Source: Eledone cirrhosa (lineage: Eukaryota). From it: a DNA stretch of 64,000 nucleotides. The DNA lies in the NCBI GenBank assembly GCA_964016885.1, contig OZ024746.1, positions 67,704,001 to 67,768,000 on the forward strand. Reading direction: 5' to 3'. The translations under genes and the position numbers were made by a program. Under the pieces are notes generated by a model. The model saw nothing but the letters and a program-made list of their open reading frames with translations. It ran no database searches and had not been told where the DNA came from. This document shows, piece by piece, positions 63,152 through 64,000 of the stretch (its first letter is position 1; each line of letters begins with the position of its first letter).

Positions 63152-63466
63152 GAAGATGCATGGTTTAGAAGGTTAGAGTGTTGGGCTTACAATCATGATG
63201 TGTTGTGATCATAAGCAATACACTTCATTTCATGTTGTTCTAGTTTTCTCAGCTATAAAAATGAGTTGCAGCGTCACTGTTTCCCAGCTGTATTGGCCAT
63301 TGCCTTTCTCTTCGACAACATTGGTCGCGTATAGATGTGAGACCAGTATGCATGGGCAACTGTTGGTCTTCTACTAACAACCTTGCCCGCACTTGTGCCT
63401 ATGAAGGGAAACTTTATAGGTGCAAATCATATCGTCATTCGTGACTGAAGAGGGTCTTTACTCTTT
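63152..63466 (+). mobile_element. Decayed tRNA-derived SINE (family of 9700-9952)
   Basis: A-box-like tggtttagaaggttag followed by a body homologous to the 9.7 kb copy. Confidence 0.72.
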
Positions 63467-64000
63467 CAATATGTATGAAATATGTAATAATTCACATTCA
63501 TGCATACTTCTGCATAATACCCAAATGGTTCACACAATTGTTGATCCTGAGTAAAACAGCCTGTAACTCCAAGTGTTGAACGTTCATTTAAGGTGCTATA
63601 AAACATCAAACTAGATGTAAAAATTCAAACGTTGAGGGGACTGGAAGCTGTGAAACATCAAACATATGTGGGTAAGCCATTAAAATTGACTCCATACATC
63701 CACACTGAACACCCACCCAACTCCATGTAGAATTACGAATTATGGAAAGGTGTCAGTTATATTGCAAGGAAACTCAACTGGGAGAGCAGAAACTGAACAT
63801 TTTGCATGAAGACATAAACCCTGAAAAGCTGCAGAATCTATAAGAACGGTACAGTGGAAAAAAAGTAAAGACAGCATGATAAAATGTAGACAATGATATA
63901 CACGAGTTTAAATGCCTTCGTGTCAGACACTAAATTGTTCCAATATTCTCTCTCTCCCTCAACAAGCCAAGCTTATTAATATTATATGATATCTACATTT

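Overview
This is AT-rich, microsatellite-dense eukaryotic DNA with no host protein-coding gene I can support. The SINE and LINE repertoire resembles an octopod cephalopod (inference, no search run). The window is almost entirely retroelement debris. It holds several Penelope-like elements (PLEs: one long RT+GIY-YIG ORF and several RT or endonuclease fragments), a near-complete decayed RTE LINE, and a second RTE family with a PHD-type finger inside the RT. It also holds a decayed R4/Dong-type LINE with a restriction-like endonuclease, a CR1 3' end, many tRNA-derived SINEs and two clear MITEs. The most notable structure is a set of different type I hammerhead-ribozyme motifs in PLE-type terminal repeats, three of them in inverted pairs abutting (TA)n tracts; one pair has a CCGACGA core and a long stem II. 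Other points are a twin-priming inversion with a 12-bp TSD, one SINE family found three times at the same CR1 3'UTR site, a G·U-rich pre-miRNA-like hairpin, and many short fold-back palindromes. All calls were made by eye, and boundaries of decayed elements are approximate.
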